A DNA stretch of 64,000 nucleotides from Squalus acanthias (Eukaryota), in the NCBI GenBank assembly GCA_030390025.1, contig CM059430.1:112716001-112780000 (forward strand), written 5' to 3'. Each line of letters opens with the position of its first letter. Positions within the stretch are counted from its first letter, which is position 1. Below are positions 25,017 through 37,790 of this stretch, piece by piece. The notes below the pieces were generated by a model. That model was not told where the DNA came from. It ran no database searches and worked only from the letters and a program-made list of their open reading frames with translations. The position numbers and the translations under genes are program-made.

Positions 25017-27960
25017 GAACATCAGAAATAGGAGCAGGAGTAGGCCATTTGTCCTTATCGCGCCTGCTCTACCATTCAATAAGATCATGGCTGATCTTCT
25101 ACCTCATCTCCACTATCCCCATATCCCTTGATTCACTTAATATTCATAAATCTATCGATCTCTGTCTTGAATATACTCAACTACAGAGCCTCCACAGCCC
25201 TCTGGGGTAGAGAATTCCAAAGATTCACCACCCTCTGAGTAAAGAAATTTCTCCTCATCTCAGTCCTAAATGGCTGACCCCTTATTCTGAGACTGTGAGC
25301 CCTGGTTCTAGACTCCCCAGCCAGAGGAAACATTCTCCCTGCAGCTACCCTGTCAAGCCCTCTAAGAATTTAGTATGTTTCAATTAGATCACCTCTCATT
25401 CTTCTAAACTCTAGAGAATATAGACCTAGTCTACTCAATCTCTCGCCATATGACAATCCCCCCCCCCCCATCCCAGGAACCAGTCTGGTGAATCTTCGTT
25501 GCACTCCCTCTATGGCAAGTATATCCTTCTTTAGGTAAGGAGACCAAAACTGTACACAATACTCCAGGTGTGGTCTCACCAGGGCCCTATATAATTGCAG
25601 TAAGACGTCTTTACTCTTATACTCAAATCCACTTGTAATAAAGGCCAACATACCATTTGCTTTCCCAACTGCTTGCTGTACCGGCATGTTAACTTTCAGT
25701 GATTCGTGTACAAGGACACCCAGGTCCCTCTGAAAAACAACATTTCCCAATCTCTCACCATTTAAAAAATACTCTGCTTTTCTATTTTTCCTACCTTCAC
25801 ATTTCGCCACATTATATTCCATTTGCCATGTTCTTGCCCACTCACTTAGCCTGTCTATATCCCCTTGAAGCCTCCTTGCATCCTCCTCACAACTTACATC
25901 CCCACCCAGCTTTGAATCATCAGCAAACTTGGATATATTACATTTGGTCCCCTCATCCAAATCATTGATGTGGATTGCGAATAGCTGAGGCCCAAGCACT
26001 GGTCCTTGCGGTAACCCCACTAGTTACAGCCTGCCAACCCGAAAATGACCCGTTTATTCCTACTCTGTTTTCTGTCCGTTAACCAATCCTCAATCCATGC
26101 GAGTACATTACCCCCAATCCCATGAGCCCTAATTTTTTTTTTTTTTAATAACCTCTTGTGTGGAACCTTATCGAATGCCTTCTGAAAATCCAAATAAACC
26201 ACATCCACTGGTTCCCCCTTATCTATTCTGCGCGTTACAACCTCAAAAAACTAACAGATTTGTCAAAAATGATTTCCCTTTCATAAATCAATGTTGACTC
26301 TGCCCAATCCTATTATTATTTTCTAAGTGCCCTGTTACCGCGTCCTTAATAATAGATTCTAGCATTTTCCCTACTACTGATGTCAGGCTAACTGGTCTGT
26401 AGTTCCCCGTTTTCTCTCTCCCTCCTTTAATAGTGGGGTTATATTTGCTACCTTCCTATCCGCGGAAACCGTTCTAGAATCTATGGAATTTTGGAAAATG
26501 ACAACCAATGCATCCACTATCTCTGTAGCCACCTCTTTCAGAACCCTAGGATGTAGGCCATCAGGTCCAGGGGATTTAACGGCTTTCAGTCCCATTAATT
26601 TCTCCAGTACTCCTTTTTCACAATACTAATTTCTTTCAGTTCCTCATTCTCGCTAGACCCTTGGTTCTCCACTATTTCTGGGAAGTTTTTTGCGTATTCT
26701 TCCGTGAAGCCAGACACAAAGTATTTGTTTAATTTCTCTGTCATTTCCTTATTCCCCATTATAATTTCTCCTGTCTCGGCCTATAAGGGACCCACATTTA
26801 CTTTCACTAATATTTTCCTTTTTACATACCTATAGAAGCTTTTACAGTCTGTTTTTATGCCTCTCGCTTGTTTACTCTCATTCTATTTTCCCTTTATCAA
26901 TTTCTTGGTCCTCCTTTGCTAAATTTTAAGTGGAGCCCATCCCAACGGAACAGCTCCCTCTTTCCCCAATACTGGTGCCAGTGCCACATGAACTGAAACC
27001 CCTTCCTCCCACACCACTCTTTGAGCCACGTATTTAAACCTCTAATCTGTTTGTCCCTATGCCAATTTGCACGCGGCTCAGGTAACAATCTAGAGATTAT
27101 TACCTTTGAGGTTCTGCTTTTTAATTTGGATCCTAGCTCCTCAAACTCCCTCAGCAGAACCTCATTCCGAGCTCTACCTATGTTGTTGGTTCCTACGTGG
27201 ACCAAGACAACTGGATCCTCCCTCTCCCACTCCAAGTTCTTCTCCAGCCGTGAGATGTCTTTAACCCTGGCACCGGGCAGGCAACACAACCTTCGGAACT
27301 ATCGGTCGCGGCTGCAGAGAACAGTATCTATCCCCCTGACTATACTGTCCCCTACCACAACTACATTCCCTTTCACTCCCCCCACTGGAATGGCCTCCTG
27401 CGCCATGGTCAGCCTGCTCATCCATCCTGCAGGCTTTTCCCTCATCCACACAGGCAGCAAGGACCTCATACCTGTTGGACAAGGGCAAAGGCTGAGGCTC
27501 CTCCAGCACTGCACCTGGGGTCCCCTTACCTGCCTGAATTGCAGTCACACCCTCCTGTCCCTGACCACTAACCAGACCTGTACCACTACCTAACCTAATG
27601 GGTGTGACTGCCTCCTGGATCAGTGTCCAGGTAACTCTCCCCATTCCTGATGCCCCGCAATGTCTGCACCGCAGAATCCAGCTCAAAAACTCTGAACTGA
27701 AGTTCCTCAAGATGCAGGCACTTATTGCAAACTCCCACATGCTGCAGTTGCTGCACACTGCCATCCCTATATGACCTTGATTTATTTAATTAGATTTAAT
27801 TACATTTGTAGTTAGGTCACTTAGTTTACAGTGTAGTTTCCTGACTACTTACTTACTTAAATGCAAGTTATTCTGAATAAACAGCAAGTCCGAACAGTTA
27901 TACGGTAAATAGCCCTTACCCTGCTGAATAAACCACATCTGCAAGCCTTACCCCTCACTC
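25017..27960 (-). mobile_element. CR1 LINE with 5' UTR, ORF1 and 3' end but internal deletion of the APE domain
   Basis: ORF1 CSNCSMWE zinc motif and GDSIVRG...VGTNN...DGLHL esterase joined at ~26925 directly to mid-ORF2; RT motifs and 3' UTR present. Confidence 0.9.
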
Positions 27961-28759
27961 ACTCATGCACACACAAACACAGATACACACTCACTCACAC
28001 ATAGACACACACACACACTTCTCACTCCTTGCCCTCGAGCTCTTGTGAACATTTTGCTACTTTTATAAGGTCCATTAAAGAGGAAGAAAGGACTGGGCAG
28101 AGGAGCATGTGAGAAAGTAACTTCCATTCCCAAGTATTCCCTTTAAACTTCGCCTCAGTTTGGGCCAAAGTTTCTTGCAGTGGGCAGTCGTTTCTTATAC
28201 AGAAAAAGCAAATCCCCACATTGCACTGCGTGGGAAGACTATAACGCTCATCGACTCGACAGGCACAATAAACGCTAGCCCCGCTTGCAACATCTGCTGC
28301 CAACTCCCATCGGAGCTAAGCTGAGAGCAGATAATCCCCAGATGAAGTAGCTGCCATTGAAACCATGCTGTGGTTGGTAGAACACAACAAGTGGCAGGGG
28401 GTAGAAGTGGTTCTGAGCCTGGCAGCCCAGTGCACTGAGGTACACAGCAGACAATGGGCAGTCAACGAAAGGCACTTCTAACTAGTGTCTCACCTGCCAG
28501 GTGCAAATCTGAAATCCCCTTTTACTGGGAAATACCGTTCAACACAAACATGCGAGAATGAAATTAAGTGAAACTCCTTGGAAAAAATTCAAAATTGTTC
28601 TTTGAAACACGATCGCAGATGGATTGCCAGATTGTGTCGCCACTATCCTGAGGAGGAGGGGGAACGGAATCTGCAAAATAACTCTAGTTAATTTGCTCTC
28701 CCATCACTCCGCGCTCATTTAAAAAAAAAGTTATAACAGCGCACGACGCCTGGACTCAC

Positions 28760-29390
28760 TGCTTTACGGAGCGATTTCTTGGGTCACCTCATCGCAGCAC
28801 ACTACTTCCATGCCTGGGGCCTGGAAGGCCCGAGGAAAGCAAGGCCGCTCTGGAGAGGAGTTTGGCGCAGGGGGGGGGGATAAGGATATGCACTTCAGAC
28901 AACAGATGATACAGTCCCAACTGCTTGCTGGCGTCAGGATGTACCATCTCATGAATGTCTTCAGACAGCCAGCAAAGCAAAAGTCACAACCACCACCCCT
29001 ACCCTCCCCCCTCCCAGTCAGTAATTTCTAGAGAGGATTCTCTATGTTTTGTGTTGCCACCACAAAGAACGCCTCTCACACCAGTTTGTGTTGTTTCAAA
29101 GTGCGGCCGCCGCTCAGTCCCCGGGAACGGACTACCCGCGTCCGCACAGAAAAAAGTACTGAGAATCCCGAGACAACGCTCACTGGGTTCCAGGGCTCCG
29201 TAATTTAGCAAATGCCGTTCCAATTGGGATCGGCTCTAACTCAGAGGTCACAGAAGATTCTCTGTGAAGATTCACCGGGCCATTGTGTATTGGGCCCCTC
29301 CTCCCAGCTCCAGCTCACTGTGCGCGGGCTTTGAATTGAACTGCGCGGGAGCTTACAGATCGGTGCACGCCCGCGCACCTTAGCGGGAAG
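28760..29390 (-). promoter_or_regulatory. Candidate CpG-enriched promoter and non-coding first exon
   Basis: Sequence not matching any repeat seen here; raised CpG; CCAAT at ~29220; minus-strand donor AAGCA|GTGAGT at 28760. Confidence 0.3.
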
Positions 29391-29391
29391 A

Positions 29392-30595
29392 GTGGCGGTA
29401 ATTCACCAGATTGGATTTGTCCTGCTTTTTGTGGACAGGACATACCTGAGCAGTTTTTCACATTGTCAGGTAGATGCCAGTGTTGTAGCTGTACTGGAAC
29501 AGCTTGGCTAGAGGTGCTGCTAGTTCTGGAGCACAAGTCTTCAGCACGATAGCCGGGATGTTGTCCCAGTGCTCTCAGCCATTTCTTGATACACATGGAG
29601 TGGATCGAATTGGCTGAAGACTGGCTTCTGTGATGGTGGGGACCTCAGGAGGAGGCCGAGATGGATCATCCACTCAGCACTTCTGGCTGAAGATAGTTGC
29701 AAACACTTCAGCCTTGTCTTTTGCACTCGCGTGTTGGGCTCCTCATGGAGCATCCTCCTCCTGATAGTTATTTAATTGACCACCACCATTCACGACTGGA
29801 TGTGGCAGGACTGCAGAGCTTTGATCTGATCCGTTGGTTGTGGAATTGGTTAGCTCTGTCTATTGCATGCTGCTTCTGCTATTTAGCATGCATGTAGTCC
29901 AGTGTCACAGCATCCCAGGTTGCCACCTCATTTTTAGGTACGCCTAGTGCTGCTCTTGTACACTCTTCATTGAACCAAGGTTGGTCCCCTGGCTTGATGG
30001 TAATGGTAGAGTGAGGGATATGCCGGGCCATGAGGTTACAGATTGTGGTGGAATACAATTCTGTTGCTGTTGCTGCCCCACAGTGCCTCATGGATGCCCA
30101 ATTTTGAGCTGCTAGATCTGTTCTGAATCTATCCCATTTAGCAGGGTGGTAATGCCACACAACACGATGGAGGGTGTATTCAGTGTGAAGACGGGGCTTC
30201 TTCTCCACAATGACTGTGCAGTGGTCACTGCTACCAATACTGTCATGAACAGCTGCATCTGCGACAGGTGGATTGGTGTGGACGAGGTCAAGTAGGTTTT
30301 TCCCCTCATGTTGGTTCTCTCACCACCTGCCGCTGGCCCAGTCTGGCAGCTATGTCCTTCAGGACTCGGCCAGCGCGGTCAGTAGTGGTGCTACCCTTGG
30401 TGATGGACATTGAAATCCCCCACCCAGAGTACATTCTGTGCCCTTGCTAACCTCAGTGCTTCTTCCAAGTGGTGTTCAACATGGAGGAGTATTGATTCAT
30501 CAGCTGAGGGAGGGCAGTAGATGGTATTCAGCAGGAGGTTTCCTTGCCCATGCTTGACCTGAAGCCATGAGACTTCGTGGGGGTCCAGAGTCAAT
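29392..30595 (-). mobile_element. Family B Zenon-like LINE, internal APE-to-linker fragment
   Basis: SWLQVKHGQGNLLL, LWVGDFNVHH, KPGDQPWFNEEC. Confidence 0.85.
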
Positions 30596-30774
30596 TTCTT
30601 CATTAGATCACCCTGCACCACTCCTGCTTCCAGACCAGGTGACATGCAGCGCGTGATATTAGCAGTTTGACCTACCCTCTGATTTTCCCACCATCCTGTT
30701 GGAGGAACACCTCATTCTGCTCTCTCTTTATATAAAGAATCCTATCTTAGCATAACAATACACCTAAACACTAT

Positions 30775-31502
30775 GGCCTGGATTTTGCGCTAAAAATAAC
30801 TGAGGCTATCAGCGCTCACCGTTAAGTGTAAATCAGACTGCAACTTCCAGTGACTGCACATGCACAGTTAAACGAGGAAATCAGAAAGTTGCTGTCCAAG
30901 TGCCCTACTCGTCCAGAAGCTTTGCTATACCAGTATCTCGCCGAGGAACTCAGTGTTCACCTGCATGGAAAGGTGTGAAGTTGCGGTACTTACGTGATAG
31001 ATAGCCACTAAACTCACCAGTAAAAATTAGGGTTTGTTCATTCCAGCGTAAGTACATTAACAGTGTGATAAGTCTTAATTACTGCCAAAAAAACCCTGAA
31101 AATTAATTTTACAAGTGTGGTGTCTCATTCCTGCAGATTTTTTTTTAAATTCAAGTAACTTTTCTTTCTCTTTGTCTCTTATCTCTCTCTCTTAATCCCA
31201 TCTTTCTTCCCCTCTCTTTATTTTGCTTTCTATACATGATTTGACATTGAATCAACTATTGTAACTTACACTTCCTGGTTCAGACTCTGTGCTGCTCAGT
31301 CACAACTCTTCAATCTGATTGGTTAAGGAGATACACAGTTGCTTGCCATGTTCACAGATTCCAGAACCCCTGTAGAGGGTGCTGCACCAAAATGGCTTTC
31401 TAATCACAGCAGGTTGCAGTGCAAAATCCCACAGAAAGTCTGCGGGTAAGTGTAATGAATGGCTGGCGCCATTCGTTCAATGCTGACCGCAAAATTTGGC
31501 CC
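30775..31502. mobile_element. Harbinger-like MITE
   Basis: TIRs GGCCTGGATTTTGCG / CGCAAAATTTGGCCC; 3-bp TSD TAT/CAT. Confidence 0.75.
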
Positions 31503-31566
31503 CATGAATTTACATGGCATCCTTCTCCAGGGGTTAAAATGTTTCTGCATTATTTAAATTAAAGGA

Positions 31567-31800
31567 CTTCAGCTGCCTCAGCCCTAAGCTCGGGAATTCC
31601 CTCCCTAAACCTCTCCTCCTCTCTTTCTTCCTTTAAGATGCTCCTTAAAACCTACCTCCTTGACCAAGCTTTTGGTCATCTACCCTAATTTCTCCTTATG
31701 TGGCTCGGTGCCAAATTTTTTTGTCTTATAACATTCCTGTGAAGCGCCTTGGGAAGTTTTACTACATTAAAAGGCGCTATATAAATACAAGTTGTTGTTG
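31567..31800 (+). mobile_element. L2 LINE 3' end
   Basis: WNSLP...LLKTYL-like segment; tail GGCGCTATATAAATACAAGTTGTTGTTG. Confidence 0.8.
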
Positions 31801-32737
31801 TAAACCAAAAATCTTTAAAAAAACAAAGGAAACTTATCAAATTAAATAAGAATTTTTCCACCCATGTTGACTACACACTCCAGTCCCCATTGGTCGCAGA
31901 AGGCCTCAAGTGTATCGGCGGACACCACGTGCTCCTTCTCTAGGGCTAGGTGTAACTTTCTAACACCTAGACAGACTAAGATTTTCCCTCATTTGCTTGA
32001 TTAACTTCAAAACAAAGCAAGCGGGTAAATAAGGTTGCAATTACAATTTTAGCAGTATGAAGAGTGAAACCAGCCTTCTGCAGCTGGTTTGATTCTAGAG
32101 AACCACTGGCTTAATGAAACGCACAGCCCCAAAAAGGGAGAAATCTATTTTATCCCCTAAAATTCGAGAGAGAGAATAAAAAAGACAAAATCAATTTTTG
32201 ACACTGTGCCCAGTGATTTTGAATTAGCCATTACATTTTGCACAGTATTTCAAGCCCTCGAAAGAAACTGGCATTGACAGACTGTGCAACTGTAGTGGTA
32301 CTTAGTTCTTTCTGACACAAAAGTATACTGTAAGGATGTAGGCAGAAAATTTAGAATCGTGCATATTGCTGACCACCCATCCCGACGCCTCTGGTAAGCA
32401 CATTTTTAAGGTGTTCCGGGGGCAGGGGGTGGGGCGGATGGGAAGGTACATTCTCCCCAGAATATTCTGAATTTTTACATTTTTAAACAAGCCATCACTT
32501 CAGTTGTACAGATTAGATTTTAAAAGTGATAATTAGTTTTATTCATACTCAATAGAACAACCTTCACTTTTCCAATAGCCACCTGAACAATCACTTAGAA
32601 ATACTCCCCTTCCCCACAGGCACACTCTTGCCGTAACCACCCTCACAGTCCACAGATACAGGGTTCGTATTACACAGTTCACAAAGGCATTCTGCACCCA
32701 ACCTCCGTTCGAGGAGATTAAATCTATCTATAATCAT

Positions 32738-32850
32738 TTAGGAACACAGGGACAGGAGTAAGCCATTCAGCCCCTCGAGCCTGTTCCGCAATTCAGTGAG
32801 ATCATGGCTGATCTGTACCTTAACACCATTCACCTGCCTTGGCTCCACAC
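32738..32850 (-). mobile_element. CR1 3' UTR fragment
   Basis: Reverse complement of GATCAGCCATGATC...CAGGCTCGAGGGGCTGAATGGCTTACTCCTG. Confidence 0.75.
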
Positions 32851-33467
32851 GTGAACTGACTAAGTCATTTGTGAACTCTGCTGAACTCATGTGGAAATAT
32901 GCATCAGATCATATTTCCTGCTGAAAAAGTAGCTTTTTGTTGTAATTTTCTTATTGCACACTGACAAGAACCAAGCACACAGTATCAGTAAAAGTAGGAG
33001 TGTCCAAACTGGTCATTTTTGTGAGCTGCTTAAATGCATACCGTGGAGCCTCATTGGCCGCAAATAATATTTTAAGTCAAAATTACCATTAATTTGCATA
33101 AATCTCAAGCTGCTGATAAATAACAATGCCAAGATCTGTTTGTTCGTAAGACTTATCTACCAACTGATGAGAACAGCCCCTTCCAAATCTCCAAGCCCAC
33201 CAAAATTAAACAGGACAAACTAACAAGCAAGAAGTGCAAATAAAACAGTTGTCTGGGATTCATTACCTGTATTACCAGGGCTTGTGAGCCGCATATGACC
33301 ACCTCAGAATTTTCCATCATCAGACATTTATATAGAACAAAATCGAGGCATTTTGAATTTCACCACTGATACTATTATAGTTACCAGTACTTATGTATTC
33401 CTCTTTCAGGCTTATAAGTAATGTGTGTGTTAACAGTGCCTGAATAAATGTATTGTGTCAGTCTTAC

Positions 33468-33507
33468 CTCTTGTACACTTTATGTTCATTCCTGCATTTT
33501 TCTAATG
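33468..33507 (-). other. Candidate 40-nt internal exon of unidentified host gene (xLEKCRNEHKVYKx)
   Basis: Acceptor AATTTTCGCAG and donor AG|GTAAGA; one open frame; no homology recognised. Confidence 0.3.
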
Positions 33508-33589
33508 CTGCGAAAATTGATATTACGGTAATTAGATTTGCCTTTTCTTAGTTGCATCATTCTGAGTTTACTAACATTTTTACAGCACA

Positions 33590-34112
33590 TCATAGAATCT
33601 CAGAATCATACAGCATAGAAAGAGGTCATTCGCCTCATCGTGCTTGTGCCGGCACTTTGAAAAAGCTATCCAATTAGTCCAACTACTCTATTCTTTTCCC
33701 ATAGCTCTGCAAATTTTTCACCTTCAAGTATTTATCCAAGTCCCTTTTGAAAGTTATTGTTGAATCTGCTCCCACCACCCTTTCAGACAGTGCATTCCAG
33801 ATCATAACTCGGTGTAAAAAAATGCTTCACGTCATCGCTGGTTCTTTTGTCAATTACCTTAAAATTTTTACCTCTGATTACCAGCCCTTCTGCCACTGGA
33901 AACAGTTTCTCCTTATTTACTCTATCAAAAGCCTTCATGATTTTGAACACCTCTACCAAATCTCCCCTTAACCTTCTCTGCTGTAAGGAAGACAACCCTC
34001 TAGTCTCTCCACATAATTGAAGTCCTCCATCCCTGGTACCATTCTAGTAAATCTCCTCTGCATCCTCTCTAAGGCCTTGACATCCTTCCTATAGTGTGAT
34101 GTCCAGAATTGG
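33590..34112 (-). mobile_element. CR1 3' fragment (GATTCTATG-tailed subfamily)
   Basis: RRLRGDLVEVFKIM...LFP; tail (GATTCTATG)-like. Confidence 0.85.
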
Positions 34113-34117
34113 CATAA

Positions 34118-34218
34118 AAAAGAGACTTGCATTTATATAGCGCCTTTCATGTCCACCGGACGTCTCAAAGCGCTTTACAGCCAATTAAGTACTTTTGAAG
34201 TGGAGTCACTGTTGTAAT
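34118..34218 (-). mobile_element. Deu SINE 3' tail
   Basis: Reverse complement of SINE tail. Confidence 0.75.
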
Positions 34219-35159
34219 CAGCATCATCGTCAATACAGACCACTCAGATTGCTTACATCACCATACCTGGAATGTTTTATTTTGCAAGCTGCTGAGTATT
34301 GAAGTTGAAAGACCAAGAAATATGAATGATGGATAGGAAGAAAGTGTTACACGAAGGCTTCTGACACAAAATGATGTACAACAAGAGCAGTCTTGCTAGA
34401 TAAAATCTCTGAACAACAAGCAGTGCTTTAAGTCCTGTCCTAGTGACAAATAGCTTTCTGCAGGGAGGCTTGTTGCCCTAACCTAGATCTAATAAAAAGC
34501 TTTTGTTAAGTGCAGTGCTTAACCCTTAAAAACACTATCCCAGTATTTAGAAAACATCCAAATTTCCTTAAAATAAAATGCACGTGCACTGTTACTTCTC
34601 TTGTGTCCTTTTTCCTTTCAATTTAATGTCTGTAAAGCAACAGGTATACTGCTGGCTGGGCTTATGCCAAGTCATTCAAAGTCAACATTAAATGTACATA
34701 AAAAATAGAAATTTCCACTTGCTGATCTTGGTATTTTCAGTTATCCTGTTTACGGCTTGTTTTAATTCTCATTTAAAAAACACGATTTTCAGGAATAGTA
34801 AGAACAAGATCACGAACAAACAGAATTCTCCTATCCCATTTTTGATGCTCGATTACATAATTCCACTATATGTTAAACAATATTGAAACCCAGCAAAGCA
34901 TACAGAATGGATCATCAATATTCCTACACCATGCCAAGATATACCCAGAAGAGGATACTGGAGTACACAAAGGTCACAGGATATGCTTCTGTTTAAAACT
35001 GCTCAATATGTTGCTTGTTACACTAGCTTCCTCAGCCATATGCTCCTAGTTCAAGCTCATATCCTCTGATCACTTCACCTGTTAAAATTACTGCAGCTTT
35101 ACAAATCATGTTACAATGTAATCATCATAAAATAGTGGTTATGTAAACAGACACAATGA

Positions 35160-36170
35160 ATATCAATTTATATAGTAATTTTAAGGTAAGAAAACACCCT
35201 AAGGCACTTCACAAATGGAAAGACAGGGAAACTGCTGCTGAGCCATGAAGGGAGAGATTAGGATCAGTCATTGAAAGCCTAGCTGAAAAGATGGGTTCCG
35301 AAAAGACTTTTCAGAAGGAGAGAGAAGTGGAGAAGAAAGGTGCTATATAAATGCAAGTCTTTCTTTCTTTCACGGTCAAGGGAATGAAGAGCTTGGTAGG
35401 AAATATATAGCTGAAGCAAGTACAGAGATAGGATGTGCCACGACCATGGAGGAAGTTGAACACAAGGATGAGGAGTTCCATTTTAATATATTGGGGAATA
35501 GTGAGGCAGTGTGGATCAATGAGGATGGAGGTGATGGATGAGCAGGAATTAGCACAGGACAGGATACAGGTGGCTGCCTTTTGGACAAGTTGAAGTTTGT
35601 GGAGGATGGGAGGCCAGAAAGAAAGGAATTGGAATAATCAAGTCAAAAGGGACAAAAACATGGATAAGAATTTCAGCTGTGGGGGGCAGAGCTGGACAAT
35701 TGTGTCCAGGTTCAGATCATTTGGTGATGGATAGAATGTGGTATTTAAAGCTCAGCTCAGGGTCAAACAGGACACCAAGGTTTCATACGATCTGGTTAAA
35801 ATGTTCAAGTAACTGGAGAAGGGAATTAAATCAGTGGCAAGGGAGTGAAGTTTACAGTGGGGGCCAAAAATGATGGCTTTGGTCTTCCCAATGTGAACCT
35901 GGAAAAAGTTGTGGCTCAATGACAGTCACATAAGCAGTCTGGCAACAAAACCACAGTCGTAGGATCAAGAGAACTGGTGGAGAGGTAGATCAGGGTGATA
36001 CCTGAAAATGTTACTAAGAGGCAGTATGTAGATGAGGAAGAGGTGGTGGTCAGGGATGGAACCTTGGGGGAATCTGGAGATGACTGTAGGAGCAGGAAGA
36101 GAAGCCATTTCTGGAGGACGTGCTGGCTGTATTCAGATACATAGGAGTAGAATCATACAAGGGCATCGAA
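35160..36170 (-). mobile_element. Decayed L2 LINE
   Basis: L2-type 3' end at ~35160; remnants of NLGVLFD and QLNI motifs; SINE tail inserted at ~35336-35372. Confidence 0.6.
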
Positions 36171-36489
36171 ATAAAGTGGTCAAGGCAACAACCAAATAAA
36201 TCTAATTTAGGTTTTAGAAGATATTCCTTCGCCTGCCACCCACCCCCTCCCCCTCAACTTCCATACCAGTAACCCACACAAGATAATTGTTCATGCTGGG
36301 ACTCCCGGCTGTGAATAAACCCACATACCTTTCAACTTGTGGACCCTCACTATAACATAACCTGATGTAACCTGCCATTTCCCTGGGCCTGGCAGTGAAG
36401 TACCTTTCAGGACATTGGGACATCATAAAAGATGTTCTCAAATCCCCTCTTTGAAGTCCTTCTCCTCCTGTTTTGTATCTGTCTTCATG

Positions 36490-37790
36490 GAAGAAAACAC
36501 AAAAGACATTCGGAAATAGCGGGGAACCAAGGGTCCAGTGAGAATGAGGTTCTTAAAGAAATTAGTATTAGTAAAGAAATAGTACTAAAAGTTGACAAAT
36601 CCCCTGGACCTAATGGCCTACATCCTAGGGTTTTAAAAGAAGCAGCAAAGAGATAGTGGATGCATTGGTTTTGATCTTCCAGAATTCCCTAGATTTTAGA
36701 ACTGTCCTCGCGGATTGGAAGGTAGCATATGTAACCCAGCTATTCAAGAAAGGAGGAGAGAGAGAAAACAGGGAACTACAGACCAGTTAACCTGACATCA
36801 GTAATAGGGAAAATGCTAGAATCTATTATTAGGGGCGTGGTAACCAGGCACTTAGAAAATCATAATATGATGGGCAGAGTCAACACAGATTAATGAAAGG
36901 GAAATCTAACAAAAGTTTTTTGATGTTGTAACCAATGTTCCCCCTAATTTTTTGGGGGGTGTGCAGTCCCATTAATGGGTTGCACATCCCATTCAAAATT
37001 TTGCGCATGCGCAAAATCTCACATTTTTTAAATGGAGAGAGATTGGGAAATGTTGGTATTCAGGAGGGACCTCGGTGTCCTTGTACACAAATCACTGAAT
37101 GTTAACATGCAGGTACAGCAAGCAATTAGGAAAGCAAATCGTATGTTAACCATTATTACAAAAGGATTGGAGTATAAGAGTAAAGAACTCTTACTGCAAT
37201 TATATAGGGCCCTGGTGAGACCTCACCTGGAGTACTGTGTACAGCTTTGGTCTCCTTACCAAAGGAAGGATATACTTGCCTTAGAGGGAGTGCAACAAAG
37301 GTTCACCAGTCTGATTCCTGGGATGGGGGGGGGATTGGCCCATGACTAGAGATTGAGGAGACTAGGCCTATATTCCCTAGAATTTAGAAGGAGGGGTGAT
37401 CTCATTGAAACATATAAAATTCTCACAGGGCTTGACAGGATAGATGCTGAGAGGATGTTTCTCCTGGTTGGGGAGTCTAGAACCAGGGGTCACAGTCTCA
37501 GAATAATGGGTCAGACATTTCGGACTGAGATGAGGAGAAATTTCTTCACTCAAAAGGGTTATGAATCTATGGAATTCTCTACCCTAGAGGGCTGTGGATG
37601 CTGAGTCGGTGAGTATATTCAAGACAGAGATCGATAGATTTTTGGATATTAAGGTAATCAAGCGAGATGGGTATAGTGCGGGAAGGTGGAGTTAAGGTAG
37701 GAGATCAGCCATGATCTTAATGAATGGCAGAACAGGCTCATAAAGGGCCGTATGGTCTACTCCTGCTCCTATTTCTTATGTTCTTATGTC
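36490..37790 (+). mobile_element. CR1 ORF2 fragments and 3' UTR with internal deletion
   Basis: KSPGPNG, NYRPV, RDLGV, VRPHLEYC; tail TTCTTATGTTCTTATG. Confidence 0.9.
36933..37024 (+). mobile_element. Left half of hAT MITE (family of 12383-12546)
   Basis: Starts CAATGTTCCCCCTAATTTTTT; similar body; right TIR absent. Confidence 0.7.

Noticed and set aside
28022-28303. 93-aa Cys-rich minus-strand ORF as a zinc-finger exon
   Set aside because: TTG start, no recognisable domain spacing and no convincing splice acceptor.
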